Source: Phyllobates terribilis (lineage: Eukaryota). From it: a DNA stretch of 64,000 nucleotides. Below, piece by piece: positions 36,935 through 49,967 of the stretch. The notes below the pieces were generated by a model. It saw only the letters and a list, made by a program, of their open reading frames with translations. It was not told the origin of the DNA and made no database searches. Position numbers and translations under genes: made by a program. Location: the NCBI RefSeq assembly GCF_046119375.1, contig NW_027362771.1, positions 82,026,001 to 82,090,000 of the forward strand, given 5' to 3'. The first letter of the stretch is position 1; each line of letters starts with the position of its first letter.

Positions 36935-37666
36935 TACACCAAAAATGAAATATACGTCTTTGAGATTTTAGATGTCATCTGGATCCAGATTCTTCTCTAC
37001 CGCACATCAATGATCTAAGAGGTCACCTTCCTTTGCCAAGAGTTTTGTTTTGGCTTCTTATGCAGTCTTTTCTCTGCTAGACATGCACATTAGTAGTGCC
37101 TCTATTAAAAAGTGCAACAATAGTGTATAGGCTTTTGTATACAAAGAATTGCTGCTCCTCAGAGCAGGTAATAATTCGCATGCAAACAAAATGTCCTTGG
37201 CACATCTGAATATACAAAGAGATGAGGCTCATGTTAAAATAAGTGCTTTGTGCTTTTAATCTCAGTAGTGGTTGCCAGAATTATTGCATAGCTGAGTCTC
37301 CTTCTGTTCTTATTGATAGAATGAACGCAATAATCCTTCTGTCATAGTCCATGTCTTTATTCCCTAGTCTTTGTACATCACCCACCGGAGCAGAATATGG
37401 CAAGACTAAATAGAACTATCTCACTTCAAAAAATATTTTTAGCTACTGTATCATCAATCAAATCTTCAGCCCTCTTCTGCATAAGTTACATTTGAGAAGT
37501 TTGCTTTCTTCTTGCTCTTGAATAATTTACACAGTATATTTTGATTAATTGCAGATAGGCACTCTTGGGATAAATCAATTCAATATATCTTGAGAAAAGT
37601 TGTCAGCTGCATTTGGAGCCCAAAACATTGATCTAAAACATGTATCACTTTGGAACCAACATTTTA

Positions 37667-39352
37667 CAGTGCATCGTGAAAGTGTTTGGCCCCCTTGAAC
37701 TTTTCTACCTTTTGCCACATTTCTGGCTTCAAAGGGTTGATTGTGACTTGTAGGATTGCTACTTCCAATAGTCCTCTTTTTCTCTGAAGAGGCAATTTGC
37801 ATATGGCTTCAAACATAAAGATATAAAATTAAATTTTTTTTGTGAAGAATCAACAACAAGTGGGACACAATTGTGAAGTGGAACGAAATTTATTGGATAT
37901 TTTAAACTATTTTAACAAATTAAAAAGTGTAAAGTGGGGCGTGCACTATTATACGGCCCCCTTGAGTTAATCCTTTGTAGTGCCACCTTTTGCTGCGATT
38001 ACAGCTGCAAGTCGCTTGGGGTATGTCTCTATCAGGTTTGCACATCGAGAGGCTGAAATTCTTGCCCATTCTTCCTTGCAAAACAGCTCGAGCTCATTGA
38101 GGCTGGATGGAGGGCGTTTGTGAACAGCAGTTTTCAGCTCTTTCCACAGATTCTCGATTGGATTCGGGTCTGGACTTTGACTTGGCCATTCTAACACCTG
38201 GATACGTTTATTTTTGAACCATTCCATTGTAGATTTTGCTTTATATTTGGGATCATTGTCTTGTTGGAAGATAAATCTCCGTCCCAGTCTCAGGTCTTTT
38301 GCAGACTCCAACAGATTTTCTTCCAGAATGGTCCTGTATTTGGCTCCGTCCATCTTCCCATCAATTTTAACCATCTTCCCTGTCCATGATGCTGCCACCA
38401 CCATGTTTGACAGTGGGGATGGTGTTTTGAGGGTGATGAGCTGTGTTGCGTTTACACCAAACATATCGTTTTGCATTGTGGCCAAAAAGTTCGATTTTGG
38501 ATTCATCTGACCAGAGCACCTTATTCCACATGTTTGGTGTGTCTCCCAGGTGGCTTGTGGCAAACTTCAAACGAGACTTTTTATGGATATCTTTGAGAAA
38601 TGGCTTTCTTCTTGACACTCTTCCATAAAGGCCAGATTTGTGCAGTGTATGACTGATTGTTGACCTATGGACAGACTCTCCCACCTCAGCTGTAGATCTC
38701 TGCAGTTCATCCAGAGTGATCATGGGCCTTTTGGCTGCATCTCTGATCAGTCTTCTCCTTGTTCGAAATGAAAGTTTAGAGGGACGGCCTGGTCTTGGTA
38801 GATTTGCAGTGGCCTGATACTCCTTCCATTTCAATATGATCACTTGCACAGTGCTCCTTGAGATGTTTAAAACTTGGGAATTCTTTTTGTATCCAAATCC
38901 GGTTTTAAACTTCGCTACAACAGTATCTCGGACCTGCCTGGTGTGTTCCTTGGTCTTCATGATGCTCTCGGCACTTGAAACAGAACCCTGAGACTATCAC
39001 AGAGCAGGTGCATTGATACGGAGACTTGATTACACACAGGTGGATTCTATTTATCATTACCAGTTATTTAGGACAACATTGGATCATTCAGAGATCCTCA
39101 CTGAACTTCTGGAGTGAGTTTGCTGCACTGAAAGTAAAGGGGCCGAATAATATTGCACGCCCCACTTTTCAGTTTTTAATTTGTTAAAAAAGTTTAAAAT
39201 ATCCAATATATTTCGTTCCACTTCACGATTGTGTCCCACTTGTTGTTGATTCTGCCCCAAAAAATTATAATTTTATATCTTTATGTTTGAAGCCAGAAAT
39301 GTGGCAAAAGGTAGAAAAGTTCAAGGGGGCCAAATACTTTCACAATGCACTG
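37667..39352 (-). mobile_element. Passport-like Tc1 (DD34E) element
   Basis: TA|CAGTGCATCGTGAAAG...CACAATGCACTG|TA; MKTKEHTRQVRD N-terminus resembles Passport (from memory). Confidence 0.92.
37967..38960 (-). pseudogene. DD34E transposase, frameshifted by a short deletion after KHGGGSIM
   Basis: Two overlapping ORFs (38367-38960 and 37967-38563); 34 residues between the QQD Asp and the PIE Glu. Confidence 0.92.
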
Positions 39353-39600
39353 TATGTGTCCTATATCTAATATTTTAAACCTCTAATGCAGCTCAAAGAC
39401 ATGTGGATAAATGTCAACCATGGATTGTGATAAAGTAGACATATGGAGATTAGTAGTAGAATCTTAGCCTGCTGGGCCCCCAATACTGCAAAGTTTTGAA
39501 GGCCATTTTGGTAGCCTGATAGGATGGAGCATATATCTACAATCCCAGCTGAACTTGAGTAGTTATAGGGTTAGTGGTCACAACCCTAGTGTTTCGGTAA

Positions 39601-40035
39601 GGCTGGGTTCAGACAGACGTAGATTCTCACATCCAAAAGAATGGGCCTATTATGCAAATGACAAATTGATCAAACTCTAATCAGAGTGGCAGCATAGTGT
39701 GCCCCAATTCTCTCGGATGAGTGAATCAGAGCACACTGTGAGAAGATGAAGCACAAAATTTCTCCATCTTCTCCATTGTGTCAGTGCGTGGAAATCGGAC
39801 TGCACTAAGGTGTCATTCAAGTCCAGTCCGATGATTTCCATACACTTATTTACTTGCATGGCTGACTCCGATTTGATTATCAGATCAAACTCGGACATGT
39901 TGTGATTTTTTTCCTCAAACTGGCCCAGTCGGAGGAAAAAATCAGACATGTTCACAGCCCCATAGAATAACATTGGTCTGAATGCAATCCAATGTTTTGT
40001 CAGATCGCACTCGGACAGAAAATATTGTAGTGTGC
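39601..40035. mobile_element. Truncated Harbinger-like MITE
   Basis: TAA|GGCTGGGTTCAGAC start, TCGGA/TCCGA-rich interior; right end not found. Confidence 0.45.
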
Positions 40036-40273
40036 CTAACAAGAAGTTATCACATAGGTGATAGGTGATGATAACTACTAGATCAGTAGGGGCCGACCAT
40101 TTAGACCCCACAGATTACCAGGAAGAGGCAATTTTTCCCCTATTTGAATGAAGTGACCATGCACATACTCAACCGCCACTCTTTTCATTCTCTATACGTC
40201 TGACAGAGCTAGCCGAGTACAGCGCTTGGCTACCTCCGGTAGTCCTATGGCGACTGAATGGAGGAGTGGTTAA

Positions 40274-40548
40274 TAGTGATGAGCGAGCGTGCTCGTTTAA
40301 CCCTTTTGCCAAACACGCTCGGGTGCTTTCCATGTATCTTCGGCGTGCTTGTATATTAAATTCGAGTCCCAGCGTCTGCATGATTTATGACTGCTAGTCA
40401 GCCTCAACAATTGCAGAGATTGCCTGTTTGTTAGGGAATCCTTACATGTATTGAGGCTGACTAACAGTCATAAACCATGCAGACGCAGGGACTCCAACTT
40501 AATATATGAGCACGCCAAAGATACTCGGAAAGCACCCTAGCGTGCTGG
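40274..40548. mobile_element. Truncated palindromic hAT MITE within a T2-like MITE (~40040-40620)
   Basis: TAGTGATGAGCGAGCG start and inverted internal symmetry; flanks CTAGATC..GG / CCGATCTAG. Confidence 0.55.
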
Positions 40549-40842
40549 ATCTTGGTGGGTGTTTCAACATACATCCCACCACCGATCTAGAAGTTATTAT
40601 CTCTCCTGTGAAATATCATATGAATGTTGTTTGTCCATGTGATCACAGGAACTCAAAACTAGATACATTTTTTGAGTTTCCCATTAAAATTCCTTACAAT
40701 TAGTTTGAAATTTTGGATAGTGTTTCTTATTGTTGTGAAGGGACAAGTGAAAGGCATTTAGCTTAAGTCCTTTTACATCTAGATGTAAAAAAGGGTAAAG
40801 CAAATTGCAGCAAACCAAGACATGTCCAAAGGTACTCATAAG

Positions 40843-43800
40843 TAGTGTTGAGCGATACCTTCCGATACCAGATCGGATTGGATCGGACCGATACCCAAAA
40901 AATATCGGATATCGCCGATTCCGATACCGGAAACCAATGCAAGTCAATGGGACACAAATATCGGAATAAAAATTAACCCTTTCTTTCCTTGTAGGTTAAT
41001 TCTACATGAAGGAAAACAACTAAGAATAATGTAGAATGTATTACATGTAAAGCCGGCAATTCAGCAGCGGCATACACGGGTACCCGACAATTTAGAACAG
41101 AAAGAATAGAACATCACACATAGATTAGATAGATAGAAACATGTCAGTCACATATATATGAAGTACAGTGACAGTGTTGCTTACTGTACTTGTCATTTAG
41201 TGTAAAGGATTTATTAAAAAAAATAACAGTGTTTTCATGCACCGTCTCTTTAAAAAAGCCGGCCGGCAATTCAGCAGCGGTACCCAACAATTTATAACAG
41301 AAAGAATAGAGCATCACACATAGATTAGATACATAGAAACATGTCAGTCACATATATAAGAAGTACAGTGATAGTGTTGATTACTGTACTTGTCATTTAG
41401 TGTTAAAATAAAGGATTTATTAAAAAAAAAATTGGCGTGGGGTTCCCCGTAATTTTAGTCTCTAACGGAGGTTAAGCGGGCGGCTGGGGCAGATATTTGA
41501 AGCCTGGCAAGGGGGTAATACCCACGGAGCTTCCCAGGCTACTAATATCAGCCCCCAGCTGAATACCTAGCCTTTACTAGCTATTAAAATGGGGGACCCC
41601 AAAAAAAATGACGTAGGGTCCCCCCTATTTTAATAGCTAGCAAAGGCTAGGCAGACAGCTGGGGGCTGATATTAATAGCCCAGGAAGGGTGCCATGAATA
41701 TTGGCCCCCTCCCAGGCTAGAAACACCAGCCGTCATCCGCCCCAGAAATGGCGCATCCATAGGATGTGCCAATTCTGGCACTTAGCCTCGCTCTTCCCAC
41801 TGCCCTGTAGCAGTGGCAGTGGGGTAATAGAGTTGGGGTTGATGTCAGCTTATAATGCCAGCTGACATAAAGCCCAGGTTAGTAATGGAGAGGCGTCTAT
41901 AAGACACCCCCATTACTAACCCCATAGTCAAAGTTAAAAAAAAAACACAAACACCCAGAATAAAGTCCTTTAATTGAAATAAAGACACAATTCTTTATTG
42001 TTCTAAATTAAACTATACTTACCATCACGCCCATTCCAGCTGAAGCCAACGATCTCCTGCAATAAAAGTAAAATAATAAAGCAACCTCATCCTTACCTTT
42101 CCATGGTTCCCACGACGGCTCCAGCTCTGCTACATTCACATGACAGGCTGGACCGCAGCAGAAAGCAGCCATCCAGCTTGCCATGCCGCTGAGACTGAGA
42201 AGCGCAGGCATGCTTGCGCTCCTCAGTGTCTGGCTGTGATGGCATAAAGATGAGCCGAGGTCATGTCCAATGAACTCAGCTCACCTCATGCACGTCACTG
42301 ACAGCGTGGGAAAATTCTCCTGCGCTTGCAGTGAGTGTGAGAGAATTCTCCTGCTGAAGCGCTGAGCGCAGGAGAATTTTCCCACGCTGTCAGTGACGTG
42401 CATGAGGTAAGCTCATGTCCAATGAACTCAGCTCACCTCATGCACGTCACTGACAGCGTGGGAGAATTCTCCTGCACTCAGCGCTTGAGCAGGAGAATTC
42501 TCCCACGCTGGGATGGCATTGAGATGACAGGCTGGATCACAGCTGAGCGCTGCCATCCAGCATGCCATCCTTCATAGACACTGCAGAGCGCAAGCATGCC
42601 TGCGCTTCTCAATGTCTGCGGCATGGCAAGCTGGATGGCAGCTTTCTGCAGCGATCCAGCCTGTCATGTTAATGTAGCAGAGCTGAAGCTGTCGTGGGAA
42701 CCATGGAAAGGTAAGGATGATGTTGCTTCATTATTTTTCTTTTATTGCAGGAGATCGTTGGCTTCAGCTGGAATGGGCGTGATGGTAAGTATGGTTTAAT
42801 TTAGAACAATAAAGAATTGTGTCTTTATTTCAATTAAAGGACTTTATTCTGTGTGTTGTGTTTTTTTAAATACTTTACTAGAAATTCATCGCGGTCATGT
42901 CTAATTTTGGCATGACCCCATGAATTTCGGGCTTATGGCCAGCTGATAATACCTAGCTGGCCCTAACCCCTTTATTACCCAGTGAGCCACCACACCAGGG
43001 CCCTGGATGAGCTGGATACAGTGCCAGAAGATGGCGCTTCTATGAACGCGCCATTTTCCGTGGTGGCTGCGGACTGCAATTTGCAGCGGGGGGGCCAAGA
43101 AAGCTTGGGCCTCCCTGCGCTGCAGATTCCAGCCCCCAGCTTCCTAGTTGTACCTGGCTGGACACAAAAATAGGGCGAAGCCCCACGTATTTTTTTTTAA
43201 ATTATTTCATGAAATTCATGAAATAATTAAGAAAAAAATTGCTTCCCTATATTGTTGTGTCCGGCCAGGTACGAATAGGCAGCTGGTGGTTGGGGTCAGC
43301 CCGTTCCTGGATGCTGTACCTGGCTGGCATACAAAATTATGGCGAAGCCCACGTCAAAATTTTTGGGAAAACTTTATTAAAAAATAATAAAAAAAAATAA
43401 TAATTTAGGGACTGCATCTTTATTAACCCCCCCACGTGGAGGGGTTAATAAAGATGTAGTCCCTAAATGTGTTTTTTTTTTTTAAATGTTATTGAATTTT
43501 TCACCAAAAATTTGACGTGGCCTTCGCCATATTTTAGTGTCCAGCCAGGTACCGCAGGCAGGAACGGGCTGCCCCCAACCCCCAGATGCCTATTTGTACC
43601 TGTCTGGAAACAAAACTACAGGGATGCCCTTTCTTTAATTATTTCATGAATTTCATGAAATAATTTTAAAAAAATTGCCGTGGGGCTTCGCCCTATTTTG
43701 TGTCCAGCCAGGTACAGCAGGCAGGAATGGGCTGCCCCCAACCACCAGCTGCCTATTTGTACCTGGCGGGACACAACAATATAGGGAAGCCCTTTTTTTA

Positions 43801-45726
43801 AAAAATTATTTCATGAATTTCATGAAATAATTAAAAAAAAAAATATGTGGGGCTTCGCCCTATTTTTGTGTCCAGCCAGGTACATCTAGGCAGCTGGGGG
43901 CTGGAATCCGCAGCGCAGGGAGGCCCAAGCTTTCTGCCCCCCACCCGCTGCAAATTGCAGTCCGCAGCCACCCCAGAAAATGGCAAGTTCATAGAAGCGC
44001 CATCTTCTGGTGCTGTACCCAGCTCATCCAGGGCCCTGGTGCGGTGGCTCACTGGGTAATAAAGGGGTTAGGGCCAGCTTGGCATCATCAGCTGGCCCTA
44101 AGCCCGAAATTCATGGGGTCACGCCAATATTAGACATGACCGCCATGAATTTCTAGTAAAGTATTTAAAAAAATCACAACACCCAGAATAAAGTCCTTTA
44201 ATTGAAATAAACACACATTGTTTTTAATGTTCTAAATTAAACCATACTTACTACCATCACGCCCATTCCAGCTGAAGCCAATGTCTTCTGCAATAAAAGT
44301 AAAATAATAAAGCAACCTCATCCTTACCTTTCCATGGTTCCCACGATTGCTTCAGCTCTGCTACATTGACATGACAGGCTGGACCGCAGCAGAACGCTGC
44401 CATCCAGCTTGCCATGCCGCACACGCTGTCAGTGACGTGCATGAGGTGAGCCGAGTTCATTGGACATGACCTCGGCTCATCTTTATGCCGTCACAGCGAG
44501 ACACTGAGGAGCGCAAGCATGCCTACGCTTCTCAGTGTGTGCGGCATGGCAAGCTGGATGGCAGCGTTCTGTTGCGATCCTGCCTGTCATATCAATGTAG
44601 CAGAGCTGAAGCTGTCGTGGGAACCATGGAAAGGTAAGGATGATGTTGCTTTATTATTTTACTTTTATTGCAGAAGACATTGGCTTCAGCTGGAATGGCC
44701 GTGATGGTAAGTATGGTTTAATTTAGAACATTAAAAAATTGTGTGTTTATTTCAATTAAAGGACTTTATTCTGGGTGTTTGTGTTTTTTTTTTTAACTTT
44801 GACTATGGGGTTAGTAATGGGGGTGTCTTATAGACGCTTCTCCATTACTAACCTGAGCTTGATGTCAGCTGGCATTATAAGCTGACATCAACCCCAGCCC
44901 TATTACCCCACTGCCACCGCTACAGGGCAGTGGGAAGAGCAAGGCTAAGTGCCAAAATTGGCGCATCCTATGGATGCGCCATTTCTGGGGCGGCTGACGG
45001 CTGGTGTTTCTAGCCTGGGAGGGGGCCAATATTCATGGCACCCTTCCTGGGCTATTAATATCAGCCCCCAGCTGTCTGCCTAGCCTTTGCTAGCTATTAA
45101 AATAGGGGGGACCCCACGTCATTTTTTGGGGGGGTCCCCCATTTTAATAGCTAGTAAAGGCTAGGTATTCAGCTGGGGGCTGATATTAGTAACCTGGGAA
45201 GCTCCGTGGGTATTACCCCCTTCCCAGGCTTCAAACATCTGCCCCAGCTGTCTGCTTAGCCTCCTCTAGAGACTAAAATTACGGGGAACCCCACGCCAAT
45301 TTTTTTTTAATAAATCCTTTATTTTAACACTAAATGACAAGTACAGTAATCAACACTATCACTGTACTTATTATATATGTGACCGACATGTTTCTATCTA
45401 TCTAATCTATGTGTGATGCTCTATTCTTTCTATACTAAATTGTCGGGTACCGCTGCTGAATTGCTGGCCGGCTTTTTTAAAGAGACGGTGCATGAAAACA
45501 CTATTATTTTTTTTAATAAATCCTTTAACACTAAATGACAAGTACAGTAAGCTGAGCTCTGCCATCCAGCTTGTCATCCTTCAGAGACACTGCAGAGCGC
45601 AGGCATTATGGGAACTTCCGATTCCGGTATTCGATATTCTAAAAGTATCGGAACTCAGTATCGGAACTCCGATACCGCGAATATCGGTCGATACCCGATA
45701 TTTCAGTATCGGAATGCTCAACACTA
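40843..45726. mobile_element. Non-autonomous hAT element (4884 bp) carrying a giant palindrome
   Basis: TIRs TAGTGTTGAGC / GCTCAACACTA; perfect 8-bp TSD CTCATAAG; clustered CCGATAC subterminal motifs. Confidence 0.95.
41179..45552. repeat. 4.4-kb imperfect palindrome centred at 43435/43436
   Basis: Axis CCACGTGG flanked by TTTAGGGACTGCATCTTTATTAACCCC / GGGGTTAATAAAGATGTAGTCCCTAAA; arms of about 2257 and 2117 bp match out to GCTTACTGTAC / GTACAGTAAGC. Confidence 0.93.
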
Positions 45727-46073
45727 CTCATAAGTAAACATATCTGCAAACTTTTTCTGAAGACAACCAGTTACAAGAAAAAAAGGCTAGTTAAAGGGAT
45801 TGGATATTTTTTGTTTCTTTTAACAAGTGTGTTGGGGACTTAATCTTGTTACACTTACTAATACATAAGTATGATTGGTTCTGCACTGTTTGTGCAGCTT
45901 TCATCACAGACTGCTTTGCACTCCTCAAAATGGCAGTTGATGGAGGTGCATGTGACTAGACCTATCAATTAGCCTCTAGTGATGGGCAAGCACTAAAATG
46001 CTGGGGTGCTCGATGGTCTGGTCGAGCAAATTGGAATACTCGGGTGCTCGACCCGAGCAACGAGCCCAATGTA

Positions 46074-47702
46074 CAGTACAGACCAAAAGTTTGGACATCC
46101 TTCTCATTTAAAGATTTTTCTGTATTTTCATGACTATGAAAAGTGTACATTCACACTGAAGGCATCAAAACTATGAATTAACACATGTGGAATTATATAC
46201 TTAACAAGAAAGTGTGAAACAACTGAAAATATGTTTTATATGCTAGGTTCTTCAAAGTAGCCACCTTTTGCTTTGATGACTGCTTTGCACACTCTTGGCA
46301 TTCTCTTGATGAGCTTCAAGAGGTAGTCACCGGAAATGGTCTTCCAACAATCTTCAAGGAGTTCCCAGAGATGTTTAACACTTGTTGGCCCTTTTGCCTT
46401 CACTCTGCGGTCAAGCTCACCCCAAACCATCTCGATTGGGATCAGGTCTGGTGACTGTGGAGGCCAGGTCATCTTGCGTAGCACCCCATCACTCTCCTGC
46501 TTGGTCAAATAGCCCTTACACAGCCTGGAGGTGTGTTTGAGGTCATTGTCCTGTTGAAAAATACATGATGGTCCAACTAAACGCAAACCGGATGGAATGG
46601 CACGCCGCTGCAAGATTCTGTGGTAGCCATACTGGTTCAGTATGCCTTCAATTTTGAATAAATCCCCAACAGTGTCATCAGCAAAGCACCCCCACACCAT
46701 CACATCTCCTCCTCCATGCTTCACGGTAAGAACCAGGCATGTAGAGTCCATCCGTTCACCTTTTCTGCATCGCACAAAGACACGGTGGTTGTAACCAAAG
46801 ATCTCAAATTTGGACTCATCAGACCAAAGCACAGATTTCCACTGGTCTAATGTCCATTCCTTGTGTTCTTTAGCCCAAACAAGTCTCTTCTGCTTGTTGC
46901 CTGTCCTTAGCAGTGGTTTCCTAGCAGCTATTTTACCATGAAGGCCTGCAGCACAAAGTCTCCTCTTAACAGTTGTTGTAGAGATGTGTCTGCTGCTTGA
47001 ACTCTGTGTGGCATTGACCTGGTCTCTAATCTGAGCTTCTGTTAACCTGCGATTTATGAGGCTGGTGACTCGGATAAACTTATCCTCAGAAGCAGAGGTG
47101 ACTCTTGGTCTTCCTTTCCTGGTGTGGTCCTCATGTGAGCCAGTTTCTTTGTAGCGCTTGATGGTTTTTGCAACTGCACTTGGGGACACTTTCAAAGTTT
47201 GCCCAATTTTTCGCACTGACTGACCTTCATTTCTTAAAGTAATGATGGCCACTCGTTTTTCTTTACTTAGTTGCTTTTTTCTTGCCATAATACAAATTCT
47301 AACAGTCTATTCAGTAGGATTATCAGCTGTGTATCCACCTGACTTCTGCACAACACAACTGATGGTCCCAACCCCATTTATAAGGCAAGAAATCCCACTT
47401 ATTAAACCTGACAGGGCACACCTGTGAAGTGAAAACCATTTCCGGTGACTACCTCTTGAAGCTCATCAAGAGAATGCCAAGAGTGTGCAAAGCAGTCATC
47501 AAAGCAAAAGGTGGCTACTTTGAAGAACCTAGAATATAAGACATATTTTCAGTAGTTTCACACTTTTTTGTTAAGTATATAATTCCACATGTGTTAATTC
47601 ATAGTTTTGATGCCTTCAGTGTGAATGTACAATTTTCATAGTCATGAAAATACAGAAAAATCTTTAAATGAGAAGGTGTGTCCAAACTTTTGGTCTGTAC
47701 TG
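46074..47702 (-). mobile_element. DD38E (Intruder-type) element, copy 2 (1629 bp), inserted in a hAT subterminal region
   Basis: TA TSD; the empty site CCCAATGTAAGTCTATGGG is seen in the paralog near 50240. Confidence 0.95.
46236..47288 (-). CDS. 350-aa DD38E transposase, uninterrupted ORF with intact D-D-E triad
   Basis: WSDESKF; QQDNDL...SPDLIPIEMVW with 38 residues between the second Asp and the Glu. Confidence 0.92.
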   Translation of the reverse strand: MARKKQLSKEKRVAIITLRNEGQSVRKIGQTLKVSPSAVAKTIKRYKETGSHEDHTRKGRPRVTSASEDKFIRVTSLINRRLTEAQIRDQVNATQSSSSRHISTTTVKRRLCAAGLHGKIAARKPLLRTGNKQKRLVWAKEHKEWTLDQWKSVLWSDESKFEIFGYNHRVFVRCRKGERMDSTCLVLTVKHGGGDVMVWGCFADDTVGDLFKIEGILNQYGYHRILQRRAIPSGLRLVGPSCIFQQDNDLKHTSRLCKGYLTKQESDGVLRKMTWPPQSPDLIPIEMVWGELDRRVKAKGPTSVKHLWELLEDCWKTISGDYLLKLIKRMPRVCKAVIKAKGGYFEEPSI

Positions 47703-49723
47703 TAAGTCTATGGGAAACTGGAGCATTTTTCAGGCGTCTCCCCCTGGCGGTCTGCAGAGGGCCTAAAAATTGCCCAAATCGATGGGAACAGTGCTCAAAT
47801 GACATGGGAATAGCATGGGGAAGACCCCTGGAAGCATTTCTGACTCAAAGATCACTGATGTCAACAACGTTGTTAGAGGTATTACGCCACTTTTACGGAC
47901 TCACAATAAAACATACAAAAAATAATCCAAAATGCATTTTCCTGGGAAATATGTTAAGGAACATCCTTTTCAGGGTAATGACTTGTATATAAGGCAAAAT
48001 AAATAACCAAAACCAAAATTACTCCTCCACACCTTGGGCTATGTTCACACGTAGCATTTTTGATGCGTTTTTGCACTTTTGCATTGCTTTCAACCAAGAC
48101 TAATGCATTCACTGGGAAATGTGATTTTAACATTTTACAACCTTATCTGGCCTTTTAGGCTCGTGGAGGCGGAAGCTTTTCACAACCTCAAGCCGGCGGC
48201 GGCCGGGTGTCCATACTCAGTCCCCAGCCGCTACTATTTGTCTCAGTGTCGTCTCCACCTTCCACAAGCACGGGTCCCACAACATTACCAGTGACCTCCC
48301 CAGTGAACTTACTGGGAAGGACCGCCTACCCACAAACACGTGGTCAAGTGAATGTGACCAGGGACTGTGCGGAGCCAGTCCACAGCTTTTTTTGCTGAGT
48401 TGTATTTCACCACAGCCATATTTTTGGACTTCGGAAGGAAATCATATCTACTTCAGCTGTCATTTCTCCTAGGAAATCCTCTAAAGCATCTTTCACTTGA
48501 AATGTGGCCTTTTAGGCTCATGGTGGCGGAAGCTTTTCACAACCTAATGCCGGTGGCGGCCGGGTGTCCATACTCGGTCTCCAGCCGCCACTATTTCTCC
48601 CGGTATCGTCTCCGCCTTCCACAAGCACGGGTCCCACAACATTACCCGTGCCCTCCCCAGTGCACTTACTGGGAAGGACCGCCTAATCACAAACACGTGG
48701 ACAGGTGAATGTGGCCATGGACGGTACAGAGCCAGTCCACAGCTTTTTTTGCTGACAGTTGTATTTCACCACAGCCATATTCTTTAGCTTTATGAAAGGA
48801 CTGGCATAGAGGGAAACCGTATCTTCTCTGCGTGTGATTTCTCCTAGGAAGTCCTCTAATGCAGCTTGTTGCAGAAGCAATGGCAGTCCATCCAACATAA
48901 GCTCGCACTTGTCGGTGTTGCTTCGACACACAAACCTCTTTATTTGCACCTTTAATTTCATGACTGCAGAGTTGGGCAATGGCCTGATCTGCAATGCGGT
49001 TTGAGAAATAACATGCATAAGCACGTCCAATCCACATTAAAAAAGCAGCCATAGAGTGTCCGGGAACCTTCCCACACACTTTTCTTAGCCAGGGCTTCTT
49101 TTCGGCTGGGCTGTACGGGCCCACCAGAGAACCAGAGACTCCTCTGGTGTGCCCTAGCTTCTCCTTCAGGATTGTTCATAGTGCCAAGGTGAGACCATGA
49201 TGATGATAGAGGCCACCATCTGCTTAGTTTTCCGTTACTTGGAATTCAAGCGCAAGTATGCAGCCAGCCACCCATCCACCCACAGGCCGCAATACTAAAC
49301 TGCCAGATTTCTGGGCAGCTGCTTGCACTTTAAATTTGGCCTTTTAGGCTCGTGGAGGTGGAAGCTTTTCACAACCTCATGTCGGCGGCAGCCGGGTGTC
49401 CATACTTTGTCCTCAGCCGCCACTATTTCCCCCGGTATCGCCTCGGCCTTCTACAAGCTCGGGTCCCTGAACATTACTGCTGGTACTTTTCTGTGGGAAT
49501 CTGCTTGCCTCCTACCAGCCTGGAATATTTCCAGTAAACTATGGTACGACGCAATGGTATTAGCACTGCCCCCAGTAGCAAAGCCATCCCCAATTTCCTT
49601 CTCAGGAATTTTATTTGGTAGACTGAGTGGCTGCCCAAATACATTAGTTTCTCACAAAGGAGCAGAAGATAGAGTGGCAGTAGGTTCAAGTTTCTCCAGC
49701 CTGTTAGATATTAGAGGGTGAAC

Positions 49724-49967
49724 GGCAGCACATTGGATCAGTGGTTAGCACTGAAGCCTTGCAGCCTATGGCTGCTTTTTTACTGAGGTGGAAACGCACA
49801 CAAAAACGGGGAGAACATACAAAATCATTGCAGATGTTGTCCTTGCTGGGATTTGAACCCAGGATCCCACCTGGGTTCAAATCCCAGCAAGGACAACATC
49901 TGCAACGATTTTCTATGTTCTCCCCGTGTTTGCGTGCGTTTCCACCTCAGTAAAAAAGCAGACATAG
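49724..49967 (+). mobile_element. tRNA-derived V-SINE-like fragment with a fold-back duplication
   Basis: Same head as 53281; 49766-49863 is the reverse complement of 49870-49967. Confidence 0.7.

Noticed and set aside
36960-37600. Possible Copia-like gag relic on the minus strand
   Set aside because: Only vague similarity (LFSLPYSAPV..) amid many stops; needs tBLASTn
42008-44704. Repeated MPALL..WMAAFC.. ORFs
   Set aside because: By-products of the nested palindrome; short and frame-broken between copies
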